A stretch of DNA of 64,000 nt, taken from positions 96,001-160,000 of IMG/VR virus record IMGVR_UViG_3300029319_007985, one strand, 5' to 3'. Positions 28,476 through 38,335 of this stretch are shown piece after piece. Every line of letters begins with the position of its first letter. Position 1 is the first letter of the stretch. The notes beneath the pieces were generated by a model. The model saw only the letters and a program-made list of their open reading frames with translations, had not been told where the DNA came from and did not search any database. A program made the translations under genes and the position numbers. Origin of the DNA: a virus.

Positions 28476-29213
28476 ATGATAGATATCTTGAAAGACATTG
28501 TCAAGCACACGCATGGACTTGGATTCCTCGATCTTGTTAAAATTACTGGTACCAGTGATTCAACTGCTATTGATTCAATGGCAGAGGACAGATCAGTTAT
28601 CCTGCAAGGATCTTTTCACAAACCACAATCAGGTATGATAGGAACTTTTGGTATGCCTCAGTTGAATAAACTAGATATACATTTAAAATGTCCGGAATAC
28701 AAAGATAAGGCAAACATATCCGTAATGACTGGAACCAGAAATGGTGCAGAAACACCAACAGGTATACACTTTGAAAATGAAAAAGGTGATTTCAAGAATG
28801 ATTATAGATTTATGAATGCCGAGATTATTAACGAAAAACTTAAAACTGTAAAATTTAAAGGTGTTAAGTGGGACGTTGAGATCGAGCCTACAGTGGCAAG
28901 TGTACAAAGATTCAACTTTCAATCAGTAGCAAACACAGAACACAATTCTTTTGTTGTAAGAACAGAGGATGGTAACCTGATATTCACTTTTGGTGATCAA
29001 TCATCACATGGTGGTGAATTTGTATTTGCAAAAGACGTGAAAGGAACTCTTAATAAAGGATGGAGTTGGCCGGTAGCACAGGTATTACAGATATTGAAAC
29101 TTTCTGATTCTGCAAAAGTAACACTACATTTTTCCAATGAAGGAGCAATGCAGGTTACAGTAGACTCAGGACTAGGCAAATATCAGTATATTATTCCAGC
29201 GCAGGCGCAGTAA
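28476..29213 (+). CDS. Sliding clamp (gp45/PCNA-like)
   Basis: 245 aa, clamp-like alpha/beta pattern, C-terminal YQYIIPA, next to the polymerase. Confidence 0.65.
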   Translation: MIDILKDIVKHTHGLGFLDLVKITGTSDSTAIDSMAEDRSVILQGSFHKPQSGMIGTFGMPQLNKLDIHLKCPEYKDKANISVMTGTRNGAETPTGIHFENEKGDFKNDYRFMNAEIINEKLKTVKFKGVKWDVEIEPTVASVQRFNFQSVANTEHNSFVVRTEDGNLIFTFGDQSSHGGEFVFAKDVKGTLNKGWSWPVAQVLQILKLSDSAKVTLHFSNEGAMQVTVDSGLGKYQYIIPAQAQ

Positions 29214-30655
29214 TGACAGATAAAAGGCAAGAACATTTAGGAGAGTACAGCAGAGACTTTGCGGTGTTCTTGCCTGCTATTTCAAACTTTTACAATACTT
29301 TCATTAGCAAACAAAGGGTTACTGAGGGCACCCACATACCAGCAGAAAGAATACCAAAAGGATTGGACAGAGGAGTCGAAGGATTAAACTTTATCAATCC
29401 TGAACAAGGATATTTCACATATCCAACAGCATTATATTCGGCAGGACACGCCTGTTTAGATATGGATAAAACAGCAGACAGAGATTCAATGTGTGTCAAT
29501 CGAGACAGAAAGTTTTCAACGATTATTGGTGACTCAGGTGGATATCAGATAGGAAAAGGTGTTATTAAATTTGATTGGAAAGATTTTGAAGGAAATAAAG
29601 CAAACAAAGTAAGGTCAGATATTTTAAATTGGTTGGAACTTACAAGCGATTGGGCAATGACCTTAGACGTGCCAACTTGGGCGGCAGACGATTTGAATTC
29701 ACCAAAAACAGGACTAAAAAGTTTTCAAGATACATTGGACGGCACAATTTACAATAATAAGTTTTTCCAAAAAAATAGACTAGGACAGACCAAGTTATTA
29801 AACGTGTTACAAGGTGATGATTGGGAAACAGCACAAATTTGGTATGACAAAGTAAAAGATTTTGAATTTGAAGGTTGGGCAATGGGCGGAATCAACATGT
29901 GTGACATGGAGGTTATGTTAAAAAGGCTAATCATAATGAGAGATGAAAAGAAACTGGATGGTAAAGACTGGATGCACGTACTAGGCACGTCACAACTTGA
30001 TTGGGCATGTTTCTTAACACAGGTACAAAGACAGGTTCGAAAGAATATCAATGACAAATTTACTATTAGTTTTGATAGTGCGTCAGCATTTTTATCAACC
30101 GCAAATGGACTTGTGTACACGCACAACTTGTTTACTCCAAAAAGATGGAGTTACATAATGGAGAAGGCACCAGATGACAAGAGACTAAAAGGATCAACTA
30201 TTCCGTTTCCTTTCAAGTCAGCAATAGGAGAAAGACTAATACTTGGAGATGTTTGTGCTTATGGTGAAGGGGATCTAAACAAAAACAATAAAGAGGGCAA
30301 AACAAGTTGGGATAGTTTTAGTTACTGCTTGATGATGGCCCATAATGTTTACAACCATATAAGAGCGGTGCAAATTGCAAATGACTTGAATGACATTGAG
30401 ATGATCAAACATAAACCACAGGTAAAACACTGGAGAAAGACTAAGGATTCGGACAACACAGATGAACCAAGTGACTTTGTTCCACGAAATATTTTATATT
30501 TCAACACACTTGTGGAAGAAGTGTTCACAAGTGAAAAGCCAATGGATGTAATAAACAATGCCAGTAGTTTCCTTGCTGACATACGTGGCACTAGATGGGC
30601 AAGGGCCACAGGCGGTGGAAAAGGCAAAAACAACTTTAGCAGTCTATTCGAATAG
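29213..30655 (+). CDS. dpdA: TGT-fold 7-deazaguanine DNA transglycosylase (DpdA-like)
   Basis: DSGGYQ, MTLDVP, NVLQG, GWAMGG, HVLG, FDSAS and HNV motifs; no TGT Zn site; folE and queE nearby. Confidence 0.8.
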   Translation: MTDKRQEHLGEYSRDFAVFLPAISNFYNTFISKQRVTEGTHIPAERIPKGLDRGVEGLNFINPEQGYFTYPTALYSAGHACLDMDKTADRDSMCVNRDRKFSTIIGDSGGYQIGKGVIKFDWKDFEGNKANKVRSDILNWLELTSDWAMTLDVPTWAADDLNSPKTGLKSFQDTLDGTIYNNKFFQKNRLGQTKLLNVLQGDDWETAQIWYDKVKDFEFEGWAMGGINMCDMEVMLKRLIIMRDEKKLDGKDWMHVLGTSQLDWACFLTQVQRQVRKNINDKFTISFDSASAFLSTANGLVYTHNLFTPKRWSYIMEKAPDDKRLKGSTIPFPFKSAIGERLILGDVCAYGEGDLNKNNKEGKTSWDSFSYCLMMAHNVYNHIRAVQIANDLNDIEMIKHKPQVKHWRKTKDSDNTDEPSDFVPRNILYFNTLVEEVFTSEKPMDVINNASSFLADIRGTRWARATGGGKGKNNFSSLFE

Positions 30656-30664
30656 GAGGATAAA

Positions 30665-30877
30665 ATGGTAAAAGTTAAAAACAAGAAACTAAAAAAATTA
30701 TTGTATGAAAAGAATTGGTTAGATAAAAAAGTTGCCGAACTAACCAAAGATCGGAAAAAAGATAGAAGTTGGGACGCCAAAGCAACTTTGGTAAGATTAA
30801 AAAAACAAAAACTGAGATTGAAGGAAGAAATAACAAGACTAGCAAACAAATTGGGCAGTTTAACAAAACTAAAGTAA
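30665..30877 (+). CDS. Small basic coiled-coil protein (DUF465-like)
   Basis: RLKKQKLRLKEEI motif; AGGAGG SD. Confidence 0.6.
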   Translation: MVKVKNKKLKKLLYEKNWLDKKVAELTKDRKKDRSWDAKATLVRLKKQKLRLKEEITRLANKLGSLTKLK

Positions 30878-30878
30878 A

Positions 30879-30906
30879 TTGACAAAATGTTTTTCTATGT
30901 TATAAT
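30879..30906 (+). promoter_or_regulatory. Sigma70-like promoter with extended -10
   Basis: TTGACA-N16-TATAAT with TGn; ATG 6 nt downstream. Confidence 0.7.
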
Positions 30907-30912
30907 AGGCTT

Positions 30913-31458
30913 ATGTTAAGAGATTATTCTACAGGCTTCAAAGAAGATGTGAATGTTTTTTCAGGTATTGAAATAGAACACACTCCGGCATATGGTAAAC
31001 AAACACTTTTCCTTGCACGTAACGATCTTACTTTTGATCAAATACAAAGTTTGGCCGTGGCCGCTGATGCAGAAGCAATATACTATGGAGCAAATAGGTC
31101 CTATATGCACAGTCACGCGATGCAGTTGGCTCAAATACATCAATTGTTAGACAGAGGATACTGGGTAACTGTTGATTACCCATTTGAATTACATCAATTG
31201 GTTGCCAAGAAGTTTAGCACGTGCTGGAGAAAGGAAAGATTTATTCCATTCTGCTCTATCATATTTCCACACACAGAAGAAGATGACAATTTGTGTTTCA
31301 AAGTAGACGATGTAGATTTTAACAAAACAAATCCTGGTGTTTGGAGCATGACTATGAAAGATTTCAAAGACAAAGCAGGATTTACTAAATGGGAAGAATA
31401 CAAACAAGATGAACCAATAACAGAGGACAAAATATGGCCAGCACCACAGAAAGCGTAA
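30913..31458 (+). CDS. Hypothetical protein in the deazaguanine cluster
   Basis: 181 aa ORF overlapping the dpdL-like gene. Confidence 0.75.
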   Translation: MLRDYSTGFKEDVNVFSGIEIEHTPAYGKQTLFLARNDLTFDQIQSLAVAADAEAIYYGANRSYMHSHAMQLAQIHQLLDRGYWVTVDYPFELHQLVAKKFSTCWRKERFIPFCSIIFPHTEEDDNLCFKVDDVDFNKTNPGVWSMTMKDFKDKAGFTKWEEYKQDEPITEDKIWPAPQKA

Positions 31459-31898
31459 TTGATCAGATGTATAACATACCTGAGCAACAACAAGAACAAG
31501 CATTGAAAGAAAAAGCCGGAAAGGCGGCAAAAATGATATGGGTGACCTTTCAAAAAGAAGGTATGCACAAATACCCTGCGGCACTAGATGATCCAAAATT
31601 AAAGACAGGAGATGAGTACGATGTTAGTTTCTTAGGATATCCACACAGACACATATTTCATTTCAAAGTGGCAATAGAAGTATTCCACGATGACAGAGAC
31701 ATTGAATTTATACAGTTTAAAAGATGGCTCCTTAATTTGTACAAGGACGGCACTATACAAAGCGACTTTAAAAGTTGTGAAATGATGAGTGATGACCTAT
31801 ACATTGCAATCACAAAAAAATATCCAGGTAGACGCATAGAAATAGATGTATCAGAAGATGGTGAAAACGGATCACACGCAGTATATGAAAGAACTTAA
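31434..31898 (+). CDS. QueD-paralogous T-fold protein, DpdL-like
   Basis: LGYPHRHIF matches LxxxHRHxF instead of QueD CxxxHGH; SCEM and VSEDGENG T-fold motifs. Confidence 0.65.
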   Translation: MASTTESVIDQMYNIPEQQQEQALKEKAGKAAKMIWVTFQKEGMHKYPAALDDPKLKTGDEYDVSFLGYPHRHIFHFKVAIEVFHDDRDIEFIQFKRWLLNLYKDGTIQSDFKSCEMMSDDLYIAITKKYPGRRIEIDVSEDGENGSHAVYERT

Positions 31899-32205
31899 GA
31901 TAAAAGAAAAGAGAGCAACTACTAGGAAAGGATATCTACCGATAGGTGGTGGTGGACTAAATGCCAGTTACACATTTGTAGATGCAGTAGCCAACGTATG
32001 TTCCACAATGGGTAACATGGGTCTTGTGTACGGCAAGGATTATTTCTGGGCGTATCACGGCTACGACGATGACATGGATGATTGTATTACTCTTATGGTG
32101 AAGAATGAAAAATACTCAACTGCCTTGCATCTTAAATTAAGAAACGATCATAAAATAAAACACACTAAAGATGGTGATGTAAAACTTGTAAAGGAGACAG
32201 TGTAA
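31885..32205 (+). CDS. Hypothetical protein
   Basis: ORF; start uncertain (31846 or 31885). Confidence 0.65.
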   Translation: MKELKIKEKRATTRKGYLPIGGGGLNASYTFVDAVANVCSTMGNMGLVYGKDYFWAYHGYDDDMDDCITLMVKNEKYSTALHLKLRNDHKIKHTKDGDVKLVKETV

Positions 32206-32516
32206 TGAACATACGTGTGATGTTTGAACCTAAACCAGGAGTTAAGTGCAACGTAGATAAAATGTTTCAATACTATGGTGAAAACTATCTAAGTGACTTT
32301 CCTGAATTCAAATTTGGTGGATACATTATGTTGAACACACTAGAACACAAGTTCAATGACGCCATCTCCGGAGAGCCGTTTTATCAATTCGTTGCTAGTG
32401 ACGTTTCAAAGCACACTTTGGATAAAATTACGCATTATGTAAAAGGCAATCCCATGGAGGGATATCATGCCCATGTACATTATTCAGAAAATGGTGAAAA
32501 CGAAAAGGCCTACTAA
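32205..32516 (+). CDS. Hypothetical protein
   Basis: TAATG coupling to the upstream gene, with SD. Confidence 0.7.
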   Translation: MNIRVMFEPKPGVKCNVDKMFQYYGENYLSDFPEFKFGGYIMLNTLEHKFNDAISGEPFYQFVASDVSKHTLDKITHYVKGNPMEGYHAHVHYSENGENEKAY

Positions 32517-32559
32517 AACATATAATTTTGTAGTCCTGTAGATTTTATCTAAATACCGT

Positions 32560-33708
32560 ATGTCAAAAAGACTCCTAGATAAAAACTTTTGTGTTATACC
32601 ATGGACAGGCTTTGAATTAGAGCCTAATGGGCATGTAAGGAACTGTATTATCAGTAAGGACAAAATAGGCAATATCTACAGAAACAACATCCAAGATATT
32701 TTACAAAGTAATACAAAAATAAAAGAAGAAATGCTGAATGGAAAATATCCTTCTAGTTGTGATGGATGTTTTCTACAAGAAAAACACAGGGCAAAAGATT
32801 TTGAATCGATTAGCAGTCGTTTGTATTATGCGAAAGAGATAGGACCGTCTATATCAACAACACTATTTGATAGCAAAAACAATTTTGATTTGAAACACGT
32901 TGATCTACGTTGGTCCAATGCGTGTAACCAAGCATGTGTTTACTGTCATCCTGACTACAGTAGCAAATGGGCCACTGAACTTAATAAAAAAATTCCACAT
33001 GATCAAGAACAAATCCAGCAGGTAAAAGAATATGTTTTTAAAAATGTAAAAAATTTAAAAAACGTTTACCTAGCAGGAGGTGAGCCAATGTTAATGAAAC
33101 CTAATCAAGAGTTTCTTGAACTTCTTTATAAAGAAAATCCAAACGTAAACTTAAGGATCAACACCAACCTCAGCAAAACAAATACTAGAATTTTTGAACA
33201 ATTGTGTAAGTTTGAAAACGTGCATTGGACCGTTAGTATAGAAACTATAGAAGAAGAATATGAATATGTCAGGTATCATGGAGACTGGACAGCATTTTTA
33301 GAAAATTTGAAAGTGATAAAAAAATTACCACATAAAATAAGTTTCAATATGCTTTACTTCATTTTGAATTACAGAAGTCTCTTTGGTTGCGTAAATTACC
33401 TACAGAATTTAGGATTTCATAACAACAGTTTTGTGATTGGTCCATTGTTTACTCCGCCGCATTTGAATATTTTGAATTTACCTAAACAAATTTTAAACCA
33501 ACTTAGAGAATTACTCAAAGAGAAAATTAATGAAAAACCAGGCTTCCTACTTGAAAACAGTTACCAAAATCTACTTCAATATTTGACTGAAACCAAGTTC
33601 TATGCTAATATAGATGTAACAAAGAGAGAATTAGAAAAAATGGATAGAAGAAGAAATTTGGACAGCAAAAAAGTGTTTCCTAAACTGTATCAAGAGGTGC
33701 TTAATTAA
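32560..33708 (+). CDS. Radical SAM protein with N-terminal SPASM/twitch-like Cys cluster
   Basis: CNQACVYC, AGGEP and N-terminal FCVIPW...NC...CDGC motifs. Confidence 0.88.
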   Translation: MSKRLLDKNFCVIPWTGFELEPNGHVRNCIISKDKIGNIYRNNIQDILQSNTKIKEEMLNGKYPSSCDGCFLQEKHRAKDFESISSRLYYAKEIGPSISTTLFDSKNNFDLKHVDLRWSNACNQACVYCHPDYSSKWATELNKKIPHDQEQIQQVKEYVFKNVKNLKNVYLAGGEPMLMKPNQEFLELLYKENPNVNLRINTNLSKTNTRIFEQLCKFENVHWTVSIETIEEEYEYVRYHGDWTAFLENLKVIKKLPHKISFNMLYFILNYRSLFGCVNYLQNLGFHNNSFVIGPLFTPPHLNILNLPKQILNQLRELLKEKINEKPGFLLENSYQNLLQYLTETKFYANIDVTKRELEKMDRRRNLDSKKVFPKLYQEVLN

Positions 33709-34874
33709 TGAAAATATTCTACATGGGCCTTGAACCATACGAAGGCCGATATACTCTGCAGTTGACAGATTGGACTGAACGTGCTTTTAAAAAAGCAGGC
33801 GTAGAATATGTGATAGTGCCTGGCACAACAATAGATGATAGTAAAGCAATAGTTACAGGACAAGTTTTAGATGCACATGGTAGAAGTTATTTTGGAATGA
33901 GCCAAATGATGAATTTGGTTCAAATGATGAAAGCAGGAGAAGTCACGTCCAAGGACATAATATTTTTTGAAGACATGTTTCAGCCTGGAATGGAGGCTCT
34001 GCCTTATATACTTCAGCAAAGTCCAGAAAAATATAGACCTGCAATATACCTAAGATGTTTAGCACAATCAATTGACCCAGATGATTTTGTGCATGTATGG
34101 GGTATGAGCAAATGGATGAGTCTCTATGAAGAGATGTGCAACGAGATTCCAAATGTCAATATACTTGCCAGTAACGAAGAGATGGTTGCCAATATGAGAA
34201 TAGCCAATTGGAAGGCACCTATATACAATATTTCAGGACTAAGTTTTGGAAAAGAAGAAGTGCAATCAAGAGTAGAACAAAAACCATTCATTGAAAGGAA
34301 ACAAAGAGTCGTATTTGGAGCAAGATGGGATCAAGAAAAACAGCCACAATTTTTTATGGACTTGGTGCAGGCATATAAAAAGAAACATCCAGACACAGAA
34401 TTTGCAATATGTTCAGGTGGTCCATTAAGGTCCAATAACAAATACTATGTTGATGAAGCAAGATACCTTGCTAAAGAAGGCATACTAACAATACATGAAA
34501 ACTTGAAAAAAGATGAGTACTATAGCATACTTGCTGACTCAAGAGTTTTATTCAATTGCGCTTTACAGGATTGGACTTCTAACACAGTGAGTGAAGCGGA
34601 TGCCTTAGGCGCGAATGTATTGTTTCCGGCATACAGGTCTTTCCCGGAAGTTTTTGCAAATGACGAAACAAGAATGTACATACCATGGTCACAAAAGGAC
34701 GCAATTAAAAAACTAGAAACACTAATGAGCAAACCATCCCCTAGTATGGGTCAAATATCAGATTGGACAGATGGCACAATCGATAGAATGTTAGACATCA
34801 TGACAGGCAAGGGCGAACAATGGAGAAGAGATGGATCACACTACAGAACACCAGTATCCGAAAAAAAATATTAA
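33708..34874 (+). CDS. GT-B (family 4-like) glycosyltransferase
   Basis: RWDQEKQP, LQDWTSNTVSEADALG and PAYRSFPE donor-binding motifs. Confidence 0.8.
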   Translation: MKIFYMGLEPYEGRYTLQLTDWTERAFKKAGVEYVIVPGTTIDDSKAIVTGQVLDAHGRSYFGMSQMMNLVQMMKAGEVTSKDIIFFEDMFQPGMEALPYILQQSPEKYRPAIYLRCLAQSIDPDDFVHVWGMSKWMSLYEEMCNEIPNVNILASNEEMVANMRIANWKAPIYNISGLSFGKEEVQSRVEQKPFIERKQRVVFGARWDQEKQPQFFMDLVQAYKKKHPDTEFAICSGGPLRSNNKYYVDEARYLAKEGILTIHENLKKDEYYSILADSRVLFNCALQDWTSNTVSEADALGANVLFPAYRSFPEVFANDETRMYIPWSQKDAIKKLETLMSKPSPSMGQISDWTDGTIDRMLDIMTGKGEQWRRDGSHYRTPVSEKKY

Positions 34875-35868
34875 CAACATAAACAAAGCAGTTCTTGTTG
34901 TTGGTGGAGCAGGTTATATTGGATCACATATTAGCAAACATCTTGCAAAAAATGGATATACCCCGGTCATACTCGACAGAAATGTAAAAGATAATTTTAT
35001 CTCACAAAAATTTAGTGATGTGTATGAAATCAATTTGCCCAGAGACATACATCTGCTTGACGATATTATCAAAAGATACAATATAGATTGCTGTATACAT
35101 ACGGCGGCGTACACGTCCGTAGGCAAATCCGTAAAACAGCCTGATTCATATTATCAAAACAATGTTGTAATGACTCTACAACTTTTAAACAAACTGAAAG
35201 AATTAGATGTAAAAAAGTTTATCTTTAGTTCAAGTGCCGCAGTTTATGGAGTGCCCAAGGATGGTGTGTGTTTTGACACTGAAAAAAACTTGGATCCAAT
35301 CAATCCTTACGGAACAACAAAATTAATCGTTGAGAAAATGCTGAGAGAATACAATACTGCTTATGGTATATCAAGCATTAGTTTTAGATACTTCAATGCC
35401 GCCGGCGCTGATAGGGATGGAGACATTGGAGAAATGCATGATCCAGAAACGCACATTATTCCAATTATAATCAAGGCAGGATTTCAGGCGAAAGAATTCA
35501 ACATGTTTGGCACTGACCATGATACACCAGATGGAACCTGCGTCAGAGATTATATCCATGTTGATGACATCGCAGAAGCACACATAAAAGCAATGGCATT
35601 ACTCGACAGCAATATTTGTGAAGCAATAAATCTAGGATCCGGGACAGGCTTCAGCAATAAACAAATTGTAGATGAAGTGGCAAAGCACACAGGGGCAATA
35701 AAAGTCATTGATGCTCCGAGACGTGCTGGAGATCCACCACAACTTATTGCAGATATAACAAGATCAAAGGAACTATTAAATTGGAAACCAATTCACAGTA
35801 GCATTGACAACGTGGTTCGAACTGCTGTACAATGGTATAAGACTATCAATAAAAAGGAAATAAACTAA
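34831..35868 (+). CDS. galE: UDP-glucose 4-epimerase
   Basis: GGAGYIGSH, FSSSAAVYG, PYGTTK, RYFNAAGA and DGTCVRDYIHV motifs. Confidence 0.92.
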   Translation: MDHTTEHQYPKKNINNINKAVLVVGGAGYIGSHISKHLAKNGYTPVILDRNVKDNFISQKFSDVYEINLPRDIHLLDDIIKRYNIDCCIHTAAYTSVGKSVKQPDSYYQNNVVMTLQLLNKLKELDVKKFIFSSSAAVYGVPKDGVCFDTEKNLDPINPYGTTKLIVEKMLREYNTAYGISSISFRYFNAAGADRDGDIGEMHDPETHIIPIIIKAGFQAKEFNMFGTDHDTPDGTCVRDYIHVDDIAEAHIKAMALLDSNICEAINLGSGTGFSNKQIVDEVAKHTGAIKVIDAPRRAGDPPQLIADITRSKELLNWKPIHSSIDNVVRTAVQWYKTINKKEIN

Positions 35869-36578
35869 TGGACGAATTAAAAGACAGTTGGGCACCAGTA
35901 GGACCGGTAAGCGAAAAAATCAAAAAAAGAATAAAAGAAGCAAAAGCAAGATATCATGCCAATGACAATATTTCCGAATTTATAAAAGAAGGCGAACTTG
36001 AACAACTGCAAAATGAGGTCCAAGACAAAATGAAATCATTGCTGAGCAGTCTTGTTATTGACACTGAAAATGATCATAACACACAAGACACTGCAAAACG
36101 TGTTGCCAAGATGTGGATAAAGGAAGTATTCGGGGGAAGATATAATCCATTCCCGAGAGTTACAAGTTTTCCAAACATGGGATACAAAAGCATGTACACC
36201 TCTGGACCAATATCTATTCGGTCAACATGTGCCCACCACTTCCAAAATATTGTTGGAAATGCTTGGATAGGGATTATTCCAAACGGTGAGGTAATTGGTT
36301 TGAGTAAGTTCAATAGAATAGTGCACCATATAGCAGAACGTCCACAGATTCAAGAAGAAATGACAACTCAGATTGCAGAGGCACTCCAAGAGTATGCACA
36401 TACAAAAAACATAGCGGTGGTTGTAAAAGCAGAACATCACTGTATGACACACAGAGGCGTGAGAGAGCATGAAAGCGACATGACAACAGCAATAATGTTA
36501 GGCGCTTTCAAAGAAGACCCTGCAACCAGAGATGAATTTTACAAGATTTGCATGAGCATGAAAGGTCATGGTGGATAA
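35868..36578 (+). CDS. folE: GTP cyclohydrolase I
   Basis: TAKRVAKMW, STCAHHF, IGLSKFNR, PQIQEE and HHCMTHRGV motifs. Confidence 0.95.
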   Translation: MDELKDSWAPVGPVSEKIKKRIKEAKARYHANDNISEFIKEGELEQLQNEVQDKMKSLLSSLVIDTENDHNTQDTAKRVAKMWIKEVFGGRYNPFPRVTSFPNMGYKSMYTSGPISIRSTCAHHFQNIVGNAWIGIIPNGEVIGLSKFNRIVHHIAERPQIQEEMTTQIAEALQEYAHTKNIAVVVKAEHHCMTHRGVREHESDMTTAIMLGAFKEDPATRDEFYKICMSMKGHGG

Positions 36579-36789
36579 AAAAACAAAAGAAAATTGGGAA
36601 ACTTTTGAAAGTTGGATTCCAAGTGACTCATACATGTATGGTGGTATGACAGAATCGGTTACGGTACAAGGTGAACTATTTGATCCAGACCAAGAACTTA
36701 AAGAAAAATATCCAGCATTGAAGAAAGCCTGGAAACAATATCAAATTATAAAAAAATTATGTGAGGCAAAAGAAAATGAGACTAGATAG
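36568..36789 (+). CDS. Hypothetical protein
   Basis: 73 aa ORF; EKYPALKKAW. Confidence 0.65.
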   Translation: MVDKKTKENWETFESWIPSDSYMYGGMTESVTVQGELFDPDQELKEKYPALKKAWKQYQIIKKLCEAKENETR

Positions 36790-37825
36790 TGAACCTAAAC
36801 TTAATTTTGAAGACGTGTTGTTGAAACCTAAACGTTCTACTCTTTCAAGCAGGAAGGATGTAGATATGACAAGAAAATTTACTTTTAGAAATTCAGGAAA
36901 GGTTATGGACTTCCTTCCTATTTTTGCAAGTAACATGGATGGTGTAGGTACTTTTAGCATGGCTAAAGAAATGCAAAAACACAAAATGATGACGGTAATA
37001 ACAAAGACAACAACAACTGAACAATGGAAAGAAGCAGTGGGTACTGGTTTAAGATTACAAAGTGTGTCAGTATGCACAGGCACAAACAAAATGTTTGATA
37101 AAGAAGCGTCCGATTACAGAAACATGCAAGAGGTACTCAAAATGTTTCCTGATGTAAAGATGATTACCATAGACGTGGCAAACGCATATCATCAAAATTT
37201 TGTTGACTTTACAAAAATGGTCAGAGAGGAATATCCAGAAAAAGTAATTGTTGCCGGAAACGTTGTCACTCCAGAAATGGTCGAGGAGTTAATTATTAAT
37301 GGAGCAGACGTAGTAAAAATTGGAATAGGACCTGGATCTGTTTGCACGACTAGAACAATGACAGGGGTAGGGGTTCCACAATTCAGTGCTATCGTGGAGT
37401 GTTCAGATGCCGCAAACGGAGTTGGTGGTCATATCATGGCAGACGGTGGTTGTGTTTATCCAGGAGACATAGCAAAAGCATTTGGCGGAGGCGCTCATAT
37501 GGTAATGATCGGAGGAATGTTAGCAGGTCATGATGAATCTGAACAACCAGTGGTAGATGGTAAGATAGAATTTTATGGAATGAGTTCAGACCGTGCAAGA
37601 GAAGTCCATGGAAAAAGGAAAGATGGATATAGAGGAAATGAAGGTAGGTTAATAAGTTTACCATACAGAGGACCTGTCAACAACACATTAGAAGATATTC
37701 TGGGTGGAGTTAGAAGTGCCTGTACATATATAGGTGCAAGAAGATTAAAAGATATGGCAAAATGTGCAAGTTTTGTTCAAACTAACAATGTGATTAACAA
37801 AGTTTATGAGCAGTACACCAAATAA
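36776..37825 (+). CDS. guaC: GMP reductase
   Basis: LNFEDVLLKPKRSTL.SR, SNMDGVGTF, GIGPGSVCTTR and FYGMSS motifs. Confidence 0.93.
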   Translation: MRLDSEPKLNFEDVLLKPKRSTLSSRKDVDMTRKFTFRNSGKVMDFLPIFASNMDGVGTFSMAKEMQKHKMMTVITKTTTTEQWKEAVGTGLRLQSVSVCTGTNKMFDKEASDYRNMQEVLKMFPDVKMITIDVANAYHQNFVDFTKMVREEYPEKVIVAGNVVTPEMVEELIINGADVVKIGIGPGSVCTTRTMTGVGVPQFSAIVECSDAANGVGGHIMADGGCVYPGDIAKAFGGGAHMVMIGGMLAGHDESEQPVVDGKIEFYGMSSDRAREVHGKRKDGYRGNEGRLISLPYRGPVNNTLEDILGGVRSACTYIGARRLKDMAKCASFVQTNNVINKVYEQYTK

Positions 37826-38267
37826 AAGTTATTTCTCAAATTTACAGATGCGAAACGCATTAGTGCAGATCGAAGATCAAATGGTGCACTCCAATTGGAT
37901 GCCTGACCTAATAATGGGCATAAATCGAGGTGGATGCATTCCTGGTGTTTATCTCAGCCATAGACTAAAGAAAGAACACTTGGTATTAGATATCAGATTA
38001 CGAGATCATAAAGCGACTCCGGATCTGTCAGTGTTAACAAAGCAGTACGCTTTCCAAAGAAAAATTTTGATCATAGATGACATCAATGATACCGGTGCCA
38101 CTTTCAAATACATAGAAGAGAATTTTGGTAGACCTGACAGAGTTAAATTTGCCGCATTAATTAATAACCAACCAAGCGAAGTAACAGTTGATTACCATGG
38201 ATACCAAATAGATAAATCAAAAGATCCTGCCTGGATTGTTTTTCCATGGGAAGAGTGGCAAAAGTAA
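37806..38267 (+). CDS. Type I phosphoribosyltransferase (xanthine/guanine PRTase-like)
   Basis: GINRGG, LIIDDINDTGAT and WIVFPWE motifs. Confidence 0.85.
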   Translation: MSSTPNKSYFSNLQMRNALVQIEDQMVHSNWMPDLIMGINRGGCIPGVYLSHRLKKEHLVLDIRLRDHKATPDLSVLTKQYAFQRKILIIDDINDTGATFKYIEENFGRPDRVKFAALINNQPSEVTVDYHGYQIDKSKDPAWIVFPWEEWQK

Positions 38268-38280
38268 ACTAAAGAGTGTA

Positions 38281-38309
38281 TAGACACTTATCCATTATTA
38301 TTGTATAAT
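38281..38309 (+). promoter_or_regulatory. Sigma70-like promoter for the NCS2 permease
   Basis: TAGACA-N17-TATAAT, then AAGGAG SD. Confidence 0.65.
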
Positions 38310-38335
38310 TTTTAGATGTTAACAAAGGAGATAAC

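Noticed and set aside
29213-30655. tRNA-guanine transglycosylase (tgt)
   Set aside because: It lacks the CxCxxC Zn site of tRNA TGTs and is coupled to replisome genes, so DNA-acting DpdA fits better, though this is untested.
31434-31898. Canonical QueD
   Set aside because: It has LxxxHRHxF rather than the catalytic CxxxHGH motif.
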